Program-made: the position numbers and the translations under genes | Notes under the pieces: model-generated | Seen by the model: the letters and a program-made list of their open reading frames with translations, nothing else | What the model was told of the DNA's origin: nothing | Database searches by the model: none | Shown here: positions 1 to 11,987 of the stretch, in pieces | How positions within the stretch are numbered: position 1 is the stretch's first letter | How the letters are laid out: each line of letters starts with the position of its first letter | Assembly (NCBI RefSeq): GCF_030028105.1 | Contig: NC_092370.1 | Location: 171,254,647 to 171,318,646 of the forward strand | Length of the DNA: 64,000 bases | Source: Mobula birostris | Taxonomy: Eukaryota | Direction: 5' to 3'

Positions 1-228
1 GAATCTGTGGAATTCTCTACCCAAAGAAGCGGTGGAGGCTACCTCAGTAAATATATTTAAGACAAGGTTAGATAGATCTTTGCATAATAGGGGAATTAAG
101 GGTTATGGGGAAAAGACAGGTAGGTGGAAACGAGTCCATGGTCAGATCAGCCATGATCTTATTGAATGGTGGAGCAGGCTCGACGGGCCAGATGGCCTAC
201 TCCTGCTACTATTTCTTATGTTCTTATG
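1..228 (+). mobile_element. CR1-type LINE 3' end
   Basis: RT C-terminal remnant (WNSLP..VEATSVNIFKTRLD) and a 3' UTR ending in (TTCTTATG)n; similar to 57259-57530 and the 45903 end. Confidence 0.8.
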
Positions 229-336
229 ACACAATTTAAAATTATGAATCATACCTGTCATCCAAAAAAAGCCAATATTCTATTCATGTTACCTACTGCA
301 TCTTGAACTTTTCTTTCCTGCAGTAGCTTTGATGAG

Positions 337-1338
337 GTAGTTTGTCAATGCCTTCTAAATGTCGAATGTTTACTTTATCTAAAGCACTTATTACTTCTCC
401 AAAGAACTTCAATAAAGTGGTCAAATATGATTTCTCTTTCTCAAAACCATCTTGACTTTACCTAATTATTTTGATTATTTTCTAAGTGCCCCATGCTACT
501 CTAATGCCTGTAATAGCTTTTGTTTGATACATATTAAAGAAAAATAGTCCGTGTTTTTCTACTTGCTGACTTTTTGAATAAAGGAGTTGTATTTGCAATA
601 TTCAAAACTATTGGAGATTTCTCCAAATGTGTGAAATTTTGGAAGATCATAATTTTCTTTGAGATTCAATGATAATGTTCATCAGGACTTAGGAACTTGA
701 CAACCTGTAGCTCTGTATGCTCAAAATACTCAGTATTGACTCTCTGATGATTACAATTTCCTGAGTTCTTCCTCTTAATTCCCAATTTATCATTATTTCT
801 GGAATGTGGTATCAACTAAAACTGAAATTACCTATTTAATTCATCTGTCATTTTACTATATTGTATTATTAAGTCCCTGGACACACTTTCTATGGCCTAA
901 AATTCACTTTATTAATACTTTTCTTTAAAAAAAATGCGCAAAAAAAACTTTTTATCTGCATTTTACATTTTTAGCAAACTTTATGTCACACTCTAGTTCT
1001 TCCTTTTTTCTTACTCTTTCACAGACTCTTTTTGCTGTTCAAGTTAAGTTTATTGTCATGTGCACAAGTGTGCTGAGGTACAGGTACAATGAAAAATTTG
1101 TTTACAGCAGCATTACATACAGGTTTAGACAACAAACAAGAGATAAATTATACATAAGTTAAACATAAATTATACAGCACGGTAAAAACAAAATAAAGAT
1201 TGTACAAACCAAGACATTATTGCAAAAATAAATCACAATCAGTGACAAGTCAAGTGAAATACAAGAGGTGGCCCAGAGTGTTCCATTGCTGAGGTATGAT
1301 TTGGGTTACGATGATTGATTCAAGAACCTGATGCTTAT
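337..1338. repeat. Copy 1 of an inverted ~1 kb duplication (partner 56754-58002); mosaic of an ancient CR1 remnant and a Rex/Babar-type tail
   Basis: Reverse complement aligns continuously with 56754-57258 plus 57531-58002. Confidence 0.9.
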
Positions 1339-1870
1339 AGTTAAGTTATTTGTGAACCCGGTGCTTTAACACCTCAGGCTTCTGTACCTCCAGCCTGACG
1401 ATAGCAACAAGAAGAGGGCATGATACAGATGCTGAAATCCATGATTATATCCTTGATTATACGTCAGAAATGCATTAACAGAATGTGGAATAAAGTTAGA
1501 ATACTTTCAACAATATATCTTTAAAAGCCAGTATTTGGTGACAAGCCAAATCTCCTTAAGCTTCTAACAAAGTCAAGGTGCTGGTGTACCTTCTTCATGA
1601 TTGCATCTATGTAATTAACCCAGGACAGGTCGTCCAAGATGCTCTTGCACAGGAATTTGTTTACTCTCTCCACCTCTGACCCACCAATGAGAACTGGCAT
1701 GTTGTCTCCCAACATTCCCTTTCTGAAGTCAATGATTAGCTTCGTCATTTTGTTGACACTGAATGCGTTTGTAATTGCAGCACAATTCAACTGGATGTTA
1801 TATCTCACTCCCGTACGCTGACTCATCACTGGTCGTGGTTCAGCCAACAACTGTGGTGTCATCAGTGAAT
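1339..1870 (-). mobile_element. Rex1/Babar-type LINE RT C-terminal fragment
   Basis: ORF 1521-1862: KMTKLIIDFRK...VERVNKFL..DDLSW..KKVHQHL..RSLRRFG. Confidence 0.7.
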
Positions 1871-2076
1871 TTCAAAGTTCAACAGTTCAAAGTTTAAAGT
1901 CAATTTATTATCAAAGTACGTATGTGTCACCATATACTACCCTGAGATTCTTCTTCTTGTGGGCATTCACAGTAGGTGCAATAGAATCAATGAAAAACTA
2001 CATACAAAGATGGACAAACAACCAATGTGCAAAGGCGAACTGTGAAAATACTAAAAAAAAGTAATAGTAATAAATA

Positions 2077-3659
2077 CAGTGCCTATAGGAAGTATTCAAC
2101 CCCTCCCTTTGGAAGTTTTCATGTTTTATTGTTTTACAACTTTGAATCACAGTGGATTTAATTTGGCTTTTTTGACACTGATGAACAGAAAAAGACCGTT
2201 TTGGGTCAAAGTGAAAACAGATCTCTAAAAAGTGATCTAAATTAATTACAAATATAAAACACAAAATAATTGATTGCCTCTCTTTAATATGACACACCAA
2301 ATCATCACTGGTGCAGCCAATTGGTTTTAGAAGTCACATAATTAGTTAAATGGAAATCATAGTGTGCAGTCAAGGTGTTGCAATTGATTGTAGTAACAAT
2401 ACACCTGTATCTGGAAGGTCCAACTGCTGGTGAGTCAATATCCTGACAAAAACTACACCATGAAGACAAAAGAATACTCCGAGCAACTCCGTGTAAAGGT
2501 TATTGAAAAGCGCAAGTCAGGAGATGGATACAAGAAAATTTCCAAGTCACAGAGTATCCCTTGGAGTACAGTTGTCAATCATCAGGAAATGGAAAGAATA
2601 AGGCACAGCTGAAAATCTGCCTAGAACAGGCCATCCTCAAAAACTAAGTGAGCATGCAAGAAGGGGACTAGAGAGGGAGGCCACCCAGAGATCTATGACA
2701 ACTCTGGAGGAGTTACAAGCTTCAGTGGCTGAGATGGGAGAGACTGCACATACAACAACTGTTGCCCGGGTGCTTCACCAGTCGCAGTTTTACGTGACAG
2801 TGGCAAAGAGAAAGTGAAAAAATCTCAAATGAAATCTCACCTAGAGTTTGTCAGAAGACACGTGGGAGACTCTGAAGTCACCTGAAAGAAGGTTCTATGG
2901 TCTGATGAAACCAAAATTGAGCTTTTTGGCCTTTAGACTGAACGCTGAGTTTGGCGTAAGCAAAACACCCCCATATCATCAAAAAGTATGGAGGTGGCTG
3001 CATCATGCTGTGGGGATGCTTCACTGCAGCAGGCCCTGGAAGGCTTGTGAAGGTAGATGGTAAAATGAATACAGCAAAATACAAGGAAATTCTGGAGGAA
3101 AACCTGATACAGTCTGCAACAGAACTGCGACTTGTTTCCCCAAGACAATGACCCTAAGCATAAAGCCAAAGCTACACAGGAATGGCTTAAAAACAACAAA
3201 GTTAATGTCCTGGAGTGGCCAAGTCAGAGTCCAGACGTCAATCCAATTGAGAAATTCGGGCTGGACTTGAAAAGGGCTGTTCACTCACGATCCCCATGCA
3301 ATTTGACAGAGTTTGGGCAGTTTTGTGAAGAAGAATGGGAAAAAGTTGCAGTGTCCAGATGTGCAAAGCTGATAGAGACCAATCCACACAGACTCAAAGC
3401 TGGAATTGCTGCCAAAAGAGCATCTACTAAGTACTGATCGAAGGTGGTGAATACTTATGCAATCAATTATTTTATGTCTTATATTTGTAATTAAGTTAGA
3501 TCACTTTGTAGAGATCTGTTTTCACTTTGACCTGAAAGAGTCTTTTTCTGTCGATCAGTGTCAAAAAAGCCAAATTAAATCTACTGTGATTCAATGTTAC
3601 AAAACAATAAAATATGAAAACTTCTGGGGGGGGGGGGTGAATACTTTTTATAGACACTG
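2077..3659 (+). mobile_element. Tc1 transposon, near full length, transposase pseudogene
   Basis: TA|CAGTG...CACTG|TA; ~200 bp TIRs (2077-2277 and 3458-3659); frameshifted transposase from ATG 2460 with WSDETK, QDNDPKH and WPSQSPDVNPIE. Confidence 0.95.
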
Positions 3660-3723
3660 TAAATGATATTGAGAACGTGAGTTGTAGAATCCTTGAGAGT
3701 GAGTCCATAGGTCGTAGAATCAC

Positions 3724-3864
3724 GCAAACACGAGAAAATCTGCAGATGCTAGAATTTCAAGCAACTCACACAAAATGCTGGTGGAACACAGCAGGCCAGG
3801 TAGCATCTATAGGAAGAAGTACAGTCGATGTTTCGGGCTGAGACCCTTTGTCAGGACTAACTGA
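3724..3864 (-). mobile_element. Short PLE-derived unit with decayed hammerhead (3822-3858)
   Basis: Minus strand agtcCTGACAAagggtctcagcccGAAAcATCgactg followed by the shared ~105 nt tail. Confidence 0.8.
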
Positions 3865-3870
3865 TTTCAG

Positions 3871-5359
3871 TTAGATGTAGTCATTCATGGTTTGGGTCTC
3901 AGGCAGGTAGAGGGAGATCAGATGCCATGGGGATTGGGTGGTATAGAGGTTGACCACACAGTTCTGTGGTCTGTGAGATGGTAGGGTGCTGGTTTCTCTT
4001 TTACTGAAGGCAATGGCTAAGTCGTGGTATTCCTGTGGGACTTCAATGAGGTCAGGGTTTTCCTTAGTCTCCCCAGATTTACAGGGTGAAATCAATTGAG
4101 GTTGCAGGCAGGTGGGTCCCCGCCTGGATGACCAGGCAAAGTGAGTGGAGAGCCAGAGGTAACCCAAGCTGAGAGATACGTTCAGTGAGTTGATCAGGAG
4201 AAATTGGATGGATTTGCGATGCTCTCCAATGATGATGTACATAGGCCATGTGTGTGGTGCTCTGACCATTCCAGATCCCAAGGGATGTTCGTCAATGGCC
4301 GTGATGCAGAATGGGTGCAAGACAGGCTACACACATGGAGTCCGGTCCAGAAAGTTGCTGGCTGCACCAGAATCCACTAGAGCCTCCTGTATGTATAGAG
4401 CCCTCGAGGTGTAGAGGAGGACAGAGATAGTGAGTCAGGCTTTGGTGCTAGAATGAGAGGCCAGGGGAAGCTTACCAGATAAGAGGCCCCTCGTCTCTTC
4501 CCGGTGGTGCCGTTTCTTGGATGTGCTGGACATTTGATGCATGGGCGGTCGGCTGCTCTGCAGTAGGCACACAAGTTGCTTTTCCACCAATGCTCATACT
4601 CTTGGTGGTTAACGAAGCTCTTCCTAAATGCATGTGTTCTGGAGGTGTTGCTGATGGGGGTCCTGCAGCCTGAAATGGTTCTGGGAATGGAACTGGGGAT
4701 CCAGCTGATGATCTGGAGGGTGGTTCCATAAGGCGCTTGTCTATTCGGTTGGGCCAGATTTATATGGCTTTTGAGGTCAGTGGGCATCTCCAAAGGTACA
4801 TAGCTCATCTTTCAAGCACTCCAAAAGGCTGTGACAGTAATGGGCCAGCAGCATTTCCGCACTCCACCTGCACCACACTGCAAGGATCCTGAATTCCACG
4901 GTGTATTTCAGCACTGAGTGTGTGCTTTGACACAGGCGAAGTATCTGGTCCACTGTTCCCCCTTCCACTTCCCGGATGGTCAAAAACGTAGTGCAGCTCA
5001 ACAGTGAATTCCTCATATGTGGTTTATTGGCCCAGGCCAGAGCTTGTCCAATCAAGAGAGAGATGACGAAGGCACTCTTGGCTCAGTTTGTAGCAGACAA
5101 CGATGGCTGGAGACTGAAGTGGAAGACATACTGAGACTGGGAGTTGCAGCATTGGGTTGGGGATCCATCAAAGCTTCTGGGCACTGGAATCTGTGCTCAG
5201 AGGGAGGTTCACTGTGCGGGGCTGGTGTGTTAAGATGGAGAGTTGGAAGAGAGTGGCGAGCAAATGGTCAGTGGTTTCGTGTAGATTGTGTGCTCATGTC
5301 GACAGGCAACCTCCTTCAGATGAGCAAACTCTGCTGGGTCAATGCAGGTTCACTCACCC
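3871..5359 (-). mobile_element. Ty3/Gypsy LTR retrotransposon internal remnant (gag, protease, start of RT), truncated
   Basis: Gag GQALAWA..LRLCQSTHSVLKYTVEFRILA; degenerate Zn knuckle CAYC..CP; protease ALVDSGAASNFLD (~4345-4383); VPQEYHDLAIAFSK..LPSHRP. Confidence 0.85.
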
Positions 5360-5696
5360 TGTCAGGGAACATAGAGGAGGCTTCACCCAAACGCACAGCA
5401 GTGGAGATGATTAAGCAATGAGTGATTACTTTAATAATAAACTGCAAAATTACAAGCCACGAGGGCCACAAAATTAAAGAGAAAAGATAATTAACCATGG
5501 CAAGGCAAGAAGATATCACCTGAAGGCTCGGAGCAACTGTTGAGGCTGGCTGGTTCGAATGAGTGAACAAGGGTTGTGGATGAGAGCTGAGTTTAAATAG
5601 ACTGCAGGTGACGAGGTGAAAACAAGTGGGCAAGTGGCTCCCATTAGCTGAGTGGTGACTGGGAGGAGCCTGCGTGTGCAGGCCTGGCAGTTGACA
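5360..5696 (-). mobile_element. 5' LTR of the Gypsy element
   Basis: TGTCA...TGACA termini, adjacent to gag; related copy at 63143. Confidence 0.75.
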
Positions 5697-5699
5697 CAC

Positions 5700-6100
5700 A
5701 GGGTAGACTTGTAATGAAGGGTAATAATTGTTCCTGAACCTGGTGGTGAAAGACCTTAGGCTCCTGTACTTGCTTTTTGATGGCATGAGAAGTGAACTTG
5801 GCTTAGATGGTGGATGCTGCTTTCTTGTGGCAGCGCTCCATGTAAATGTGCTCAATGAGGGGGGGTGGTTTTCCTGTGATGCACTGGGCTGTCGCCATTA
5901 CATTTTGTTGGCTTTTCTGTTCATGAGAATTGGTGTTTCCCTATCAGGCCACGATGCAACCAGTCAGGGTACTCTCCAGCTTCTGATGGCACTTACCTGC
6001 TTGTCCCAAAACAGATCCACTAAAATAACATCTAGGATTTTAAAGTTACCCACCTTCTCCACCTCTGATCCCTGGATGAGGACTGGCTCATGGACCAATT
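5700..6100 (-). mobile_element. Rex1/Babar LINE 3' fragment
   Basis: Same decayed motifs as other copies (ERCHKKAASII, RFRNNYYP). Confidence 0.6.
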
Positions 6101-6651
6101 ATCAGCTCTCTGGTTCAGCAGACTGTGACAGAGCCAGTCTACAACAAGTGAAATCTTCACCCCCCACTCTCCCAATAGCCCCGTAATTCTCATTATCCCT
6201 GTCTGGCTGCGCTGACGTTACGCTTATTGCGTGCACACGCCAGGCTTGGATGTTTTTGTTTGTACTTGCACACTCCAGGACAGTGGCATTGCTTGACGTG
6301 CCCTGTTTGTTGTGGCTACCAGAGTTTCAGGGAGGGGACCTGACTGATGACAGGTGTCTAAAAAAGATGCCTGTTTGTGGTGGCACCTGCTCTGAGCTGC
6401 CTCCGTGGAAGACTTCATTATGGGGGTGGAGAAGAGGGCTGGCTCCTGGAAAATAGTTAGTTATTGATTTATTTGTTGCACAATGTAATTTTATCTTATT
6501 GTGATGAATGTATTTGAGGAGATTTGTGATTGTGAAGAGAGATGTGAATTCCTGCCTTTTGGGTTTTGTATGATTATTCAGGCTCATGATAACTACTCCC
6601 CCACATTCCACGGAATGGACTATCCCTTTTCCCTTAAAGTAAGGAGATCCT

Positions 6652-8616
6652 CAAACACGAGGAAATCTGCAGATGCTGGAAATTCAAGCAACACACACAA
6701 AAAATGCTGGTGAGCACAGCAGGCCAGGCAGCATCTATAGGAAGAGGTGCAGTCGACGTTTCGGGCCGAGACCCTTCGTCAGGACTAACTGAAGGAAGAG
6801 ATTTGAAAGTGGGAGGGGGAGGGGGAGATGCAAAATGATAGGAGAAAACAGGAGGGGGAGGGATGGAGCCAAGAGCTGGACAGGTGATTGGCAAAAGGGA
6901 TACAAGGCTGGAAAAGGGAGAGGATCAATGGGACGGGAAGCCTAGGGAGAAAGAAAGGGGGAGGGGAGCCCAGAGGATGGAGAGCAGGCAAGGAGTTATA
7001 GTGAGAGGGAGAAAAAAGAGAGAGAGAGAGAGAATGAGAATGAATAAATAAATAAATAAGGGATGGGGTACGAAGGGGAGGTGGGAGTTTGAGATGTCAA
7101 TGTTCATGCCATCAGGTTGGAGGCTACCCAGACGGAATATAAGGTGTTGTTCCTCCAACCTGAGTGTGGCTTCATCTTGACAGTAGAGGAGGCCATGGAT
7201 AGACATGTCAGAATGGGAATGGGACGTGGAATTAAAATGTGTGGCCACTGGAAGATCCTGTTTTCTCTGGCAGACAGAGCATAGGTGTTCAGTGAAATGA
7301 TCTCCCAGTCTGCATTGGGTCTCGCCAGTACATAGAAGGCCACATCGGGAGCACCGGACGCAGTATATCACCCCAGCCAACCCACAGGTGAAATGTCGCC
7401 TCACCTGGAAGGACTGTCTGGGGCCCTGAATGGTGGTAAGGGAGGAAGTGTAAGGGCATGTATCGCACTTGTTTCGTTAGAAGGATAAGTGCCGGCAGGG
7501 AGATCGGTGGGAAGGGATGGGGGGGGGGGAGAAGAATGGACAAAGGAGTCGCGTAGGGAGCGATCCCTGCGGAAAGCAGAAAGAGGGGGGTAGGGAAAGA
7601 TGTGCTTTGTGGTGGGATCCCGTTGGAGGTGGCAGAAGTTACGGAGAATTATATGTTGGACCCGGAGGCTGGTGAGGTGATAGGTGAGGACAAGGGGAAC
7701 CATATTCCTAGTGGGGTGGCGGGAGGATGGAGTGAGAGCAGATGTACGTGAAATGGGAGAGATGCGTTTGAGAGCAGAGTTGATGGTGGAGGAAGGGAAG
7801 CCCCTTTCTTTAAAAAAGGAGGACATCTCCTCCAGCCTGGAATGAAAAGCCTCATCCTAAGAGCATATGCGGCGGAGACGGAGGAATTGCAAGAATGGGC
7901 TGGCATTTTTGCAAGAGACAGGGTGGGAAGAGGAATAGTCCAGGTAACTGTGAGAGTCCGTAGGCTTATAGTGGACATCAGTAGATAAGCTGTCTTCAGA
8001 GATAGAGACCGAAAGATCAAAAAAGGGGAGGGAAGTGTTAGAAATGGACCAGGTAAACTTGAGGGTAGGGTGAAAGTTGGAGGCAAAGTTAATGAAGTCA
8101 ACGAGCTCAGCATGTGTGCAGGAAGCAGCACCAATGCAGTCGTCGATGTAGCGAAGGAAAAGTGGGGGACAGATACCAGTATAGGCTTGGAACATGGATT
8201 GTTCCGCAAAGCCAACAAAAAGGAAGGCATAGCTGGGACCCATACAGGTGCACCTTTAGTTTGGAGGAAGTGGGAGGAGCCAAAGGAGAAATTATTAATT
8301 AATATTAAGGAGTAAGGACTAATTCCGCTAGATGGAGGAGAGTGGTGGTAGAGGGGAACTGGTTAGGTCTAGAATCCAAAAACAAGTGGAGAACTTTGAG
8401 ACCTTCCTGGTGGGGGATGGAGGTATATAGGGACTGGACATCCATCATGAAAATAAAGTGGTGGGGGCCAGGGAACTTAAAATCATTGAAAAAATTCAGA
8501 GCATGAGAAGTGTCATGAACATAGGTGGGAAGGGATTGAACGGGGGGGGGGATAAAACGGTGTCGAGGTATGCAGAAATGAGTTCGGTGGGGCAGGAGCA
8601 AGCTGAGACAATGGGT
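6652..8616 (-). mobile_element. Penelope-like element fragment (RT C-half, GIY-YIG endonuclease, 3' region with hammerhead)
   Basis: MDVQSLYTSIPH, MGPSYA.LFVG, RYIDD, HYKPTDSHSYLDYSSSHP; GIY-YIG VIYCVRCSRCGLLCTGET..RLGDHFTEH..EEQHLIFRLGSLQPDGMN. Confidence 0.92.
6750..6787 (-). ncRNA. Minimal type-I hammerhead ribozyme, intact core
   Basis: Minus strand uaguc-CUGACGA-a-ggg(ucucgg)ccc-GAAAC-GUC-gacug: stem I uaguc/gacug, stem II ggg/ccc, palindromic ACGU in place of stem III. Confidence 0.85.
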
Positions 8617-9360
8617 TCCAGGACAAAGGCGATGTCCTCCTTTTTTAAAGAAAGGGGCTTCCCTTCCTCCACCATCAACTCTGCTTTCAAACGCATCTCT
8701 CCCATTTCACGCACATCTGCTCTCACCCCATCCTCCAGCCACCCCACTAGGAATAGGGTTCCCCTGGTCCTCACCTACCACTCCACCAGCCTCCGGGTCC
8801 AACATATAATTCTCTGTAACTTCCGCCACCTCCAACGGGATCCCACCACCAAGCAGATCTTTCCCTCTCCCCTCTTTCCACAGGGATCGCTCCCTACGTG
8901 ACTCCCTTGTCCATTCGTCACCCCCCATCCCTTTCCTCCGATCTCCCTCCCGACACTTATCCTTGTAAGTGGAACAAGTGCTACACATGCCCTTACACTT
9001 CTTCCCTCACCACTATTCAGGGCCCCAGACAGTCCTTCCAGGTGAGGCAATACTTCACCCGTGAGTCGGCTGGGGTGATATACTGCGTCTGGTACTCCCG
9101 ATGTGGCCTTTTATATATTGGTGAGACCCGACGGAGGCTGGGAGACCATTTTGCTGAACACCCACGCTCTGTCTGCCAGAGAAAGCATGATCTCCCAGTA
9201 GTCACACATTTTAATTCCACATCCCATTCCCATTCTGATATCCACGGCCTCCTCTACTGTCAAGATGAAACCACACTCAGGTTGGAGGAACAACACCTTG
9301 TATTCCTCCTGGGTAGCCTCCAACCTGATAGCATGAACAGTGACTTCTCTAACTTCCATT

Positions 9361-10055
9361 TGTAAGGGGGTTTCGTCTTTTATGTTACTGCGTAGGCTAA
9401 TTAAAATAGCTTCTTTGTTATGTTATACTTGGGAATGCTTCTTTGTTATGTTAAACACTGAGAAAGTTCTTGCGCTAGCAGCTTGTTTTGAGTTAGAGTG
9501 TGATAAGAATATGTTACAAACCATTTGGGATAGTTGTTATGTTTTTGGTGTATTTGAAGATATTGTATGCGCGGGGTTTTGGGGCAGAAGGCGGGAGAGA
9601 GAGACAGAGGATGGACCAGGTGCTGTGATGTCTGCTAACGGGGTCGGACCCCGAGCAGAGCGTTCGGCGAGGAGACGGAGACGGACTCGTGTGGAGCGTC
9701 TGGTCGACCACCATTGTTGGTCCCAGGCGGCCGGTCGAGGTGGTCCGAGGGGTCGCAGGGTGAAGAAGAAGGGTCCTAAGCTCCAACTGCTTGTGCACGA
9801 AGAGATTGAACTTTGATAAGTGTGGCGCCTTTTATTTTCCTTTTATATTTTATTCCCTATTAATTATATAGTTCCAGTAATATCTATAAACTGTAAATCA
9901 TTTAATCGTATCTGGTGTATTGTCTGTTATTTGGGCGGGGTGGGGTACCTCACACAGCATCCACACAAACTGATTAGTCAGTTTGCCAGGGCCGAGGGCT
10001 GTTTCCCTAGGCAACAGCGAGCCGAGCGACCCTGAGGCTGGCCAGGGGGGCTACA
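9361..10055. mobile_element. Solo LTR (695 bp) inserted in the PLE
   Basis: TGTA...TACA termini; 4 bp TSD catt/cgtt (one CpG-type change); PLE sequence is contiguous across it. Confidence 0.8.
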
Positions 10056-10363
10056 CGTTAATACCCCATCTCCCCTTCGTACGCCATCCCTTATTTATTA
10101 TTTTCCCCTTTTCTCTCTCTCTCTTTTTTCTCCATCTGTCCCTCTCACTATAACTCCTTGCCTGCTCTTCATCCTCTGGGCTCCCCTCCCCCTTTCTTTC
10201 TCCCTAGGCCTTCCGTCCCATGATCATCTCCCTTTTCCAGCCTCGTATCCCTTTTGCCAATCAACTTTCCAGCTCTTAGCTCCATCCCTCCCCCTCCTGT
10301 CTTCTCCTATCATTTCGGAACTCCCCCTCCCCCTTCAAATCTCTTACTATCTCTTCTTTCATT

Positions 10364-10401
10364 TAGTCCTGATGAAGTGTCTCGGCCCGAAACATTGACT
10401 G
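10364..10401 (+). ncRNA. Hammerhead motif, core intact, stems II and III mutated
   Basis: tagtcCTGATGAagtgtctcggcccGAAAcATTgactg. Confidence 0.65.
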
Positions 10402-11109
10402 TATTTCTTCCTATAGATGCTGCCTGGCCTGCTGTGTTCACCAGCATTTTTTGTGTGTGTTCCTTAGCTGAAGCTTCATTTGGTGTAAGTGGTAAGGGAG
10501 AGAGGGTATGGTTAGGTGAGGTGTATTACTTCAGACTGATGTTTTGAAGCTGTAGTCCTGAAGGTCTGATGGGTCTCTATTATCTCTTTTATCTTTTTTT
10601 TGCATTGTAAATATTTGTGCACTTTTTCTAATTGTTTTAAGTCTCTGGCACACAATAAACTCCTTTGCACTGAATGCGCCCTTTATAAGGGCAAACAACC
10701 CTCACCAAAACCCAAGGTGTGACACGGACACCGAGTGAGAAGTTGTTATTGTGGCCCCATTCAAGCAGATTTTCAATCTCCTATCTGTGGATCTGTCACC
10801 ACCTTTGATTTGGCCAGCAACAAAAACAATCATTTGTAGGTGGTATGGGAACTGAGCTTAGCCACACAGTTAAAGACTCAGTTTAATAACCCATTCATGT
10901 GATATCACTTTTCTTTGGTGATAGAAGAAGTGCCAGACTTAAATTCTATGCTCAATTCTCTGGAGTTACCAGAAGATAAACTCTGAAATGCACTAGATGG
11001 TGGAGGCAGAAACTCCCACAACATCTTCATAAGATAAAAGTTGCTGGTGAACGCAGCTTGAATCTCCAGCATCTGCAGAATTCCTGTTGTTTGCATCTTC
11101 ATAAGATGT

Positions 11110-11680
11110 TCTGTTTTCTAAGGAAGATGAGATCCTTCAACGTGTGCAGCAGGATGTTGGAGATCTTTTACCAATCTGTTGTATTGAGTGCAAACTTCTT
11201 TGCAGTTTTATGTTGGGGGAGCAGCCAGTGCTGGTGATATAAAAAGGCTAAATTAATTCATCAAAAGGCTGAATCCGTCCTTTGCTACAACCTGGACTTC
11301 TTTGAGTTAGTGGTGGAGAGGAGGTCACCAAACAAACCATTATGGACAATCCTATCCATGACCTACTGAATAAGCAGCGAAGCACCTTTCAAACAGGCTC
11401 ATTCAGCTCTGTTGTCACAAGGATCGTTAGAGAAAGTCTTTCCTACCAATGCAATATTCATATTCAACAATTCATCTCTGCGCGACAGGAGAACACACAT
11501 AGTACAATAGTCTCTGCTTTATTATTTTGTACATTATTGCACATTAGTAAATTATTGTGTATATTATTATTATGTATTTTATTGTTAGTTAAGTCTGCAC
11601 ATTGCTAAGTGTGTTTTTAAATGTTGCTGCTGTAATGAAAGAATTTCCCACTCGGGATCAATAGAGTACTTATTATTATT
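11110..11680 (+). mobile_element. Rex/Babar-type LINE 3' fragment
   Basis: Decayed RT C-terminus and tail aatttcccactcgggatcaatagagta(tta)n. Confidence 0.55.
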
Positions 11681-11987
11681 AAGTACATCACCAAGGCATA
11701 GAAGGCTGCAGGCCAAGTGCTGTAAAATAGAATTAGTAAAGATAAGCAAGTTGTGGTTGAAATGAACATGCTGGGCCGAAGGGCGTGGAAGGGCTTGCTT
11801 CTGTGCTCTGTGGCTGTGGCAAAAAAAGACATTAAAATACATTCGGACAGGAGCACAGATGGGAAAGGTTTCAAGGGAGACTGCAAGTGCTGGAACCTGG
11901 AGCAACGAACAATATGCCGGAGAAACTATGCAGGTCGAGCAGCATCCATAGAGGGAAAGGAATTGTTAAAGTAGAGGGATGTGGGTC

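Larger units (their letters stand above)
8617..10460 (+). mobile_element. Penelope-like element fragment, back-to-back with 6652-8616 and split by a solo LTR
   Basis: MSSFFKERGFP..RVPLVLTYH; GIY-YIG GVIYCVWYSRCGLLYIGETRRRLGDHFAEH; PLE sequence resumes at 10056. Confidence 0.9.

Noticed and set aside
3871-5359. Domesticated gag gene (PEG10/RTL-like)
   Set aside because: Multiple frameshifts and stops, mutated Zn knuckle, attached LTR: a decayed retrotransposon
6925-9365. Functional PLE RT or GIY-YIG proteins
   Set aside because: Fragmented by stops and frameshifts, and the RT N-terminus is missing
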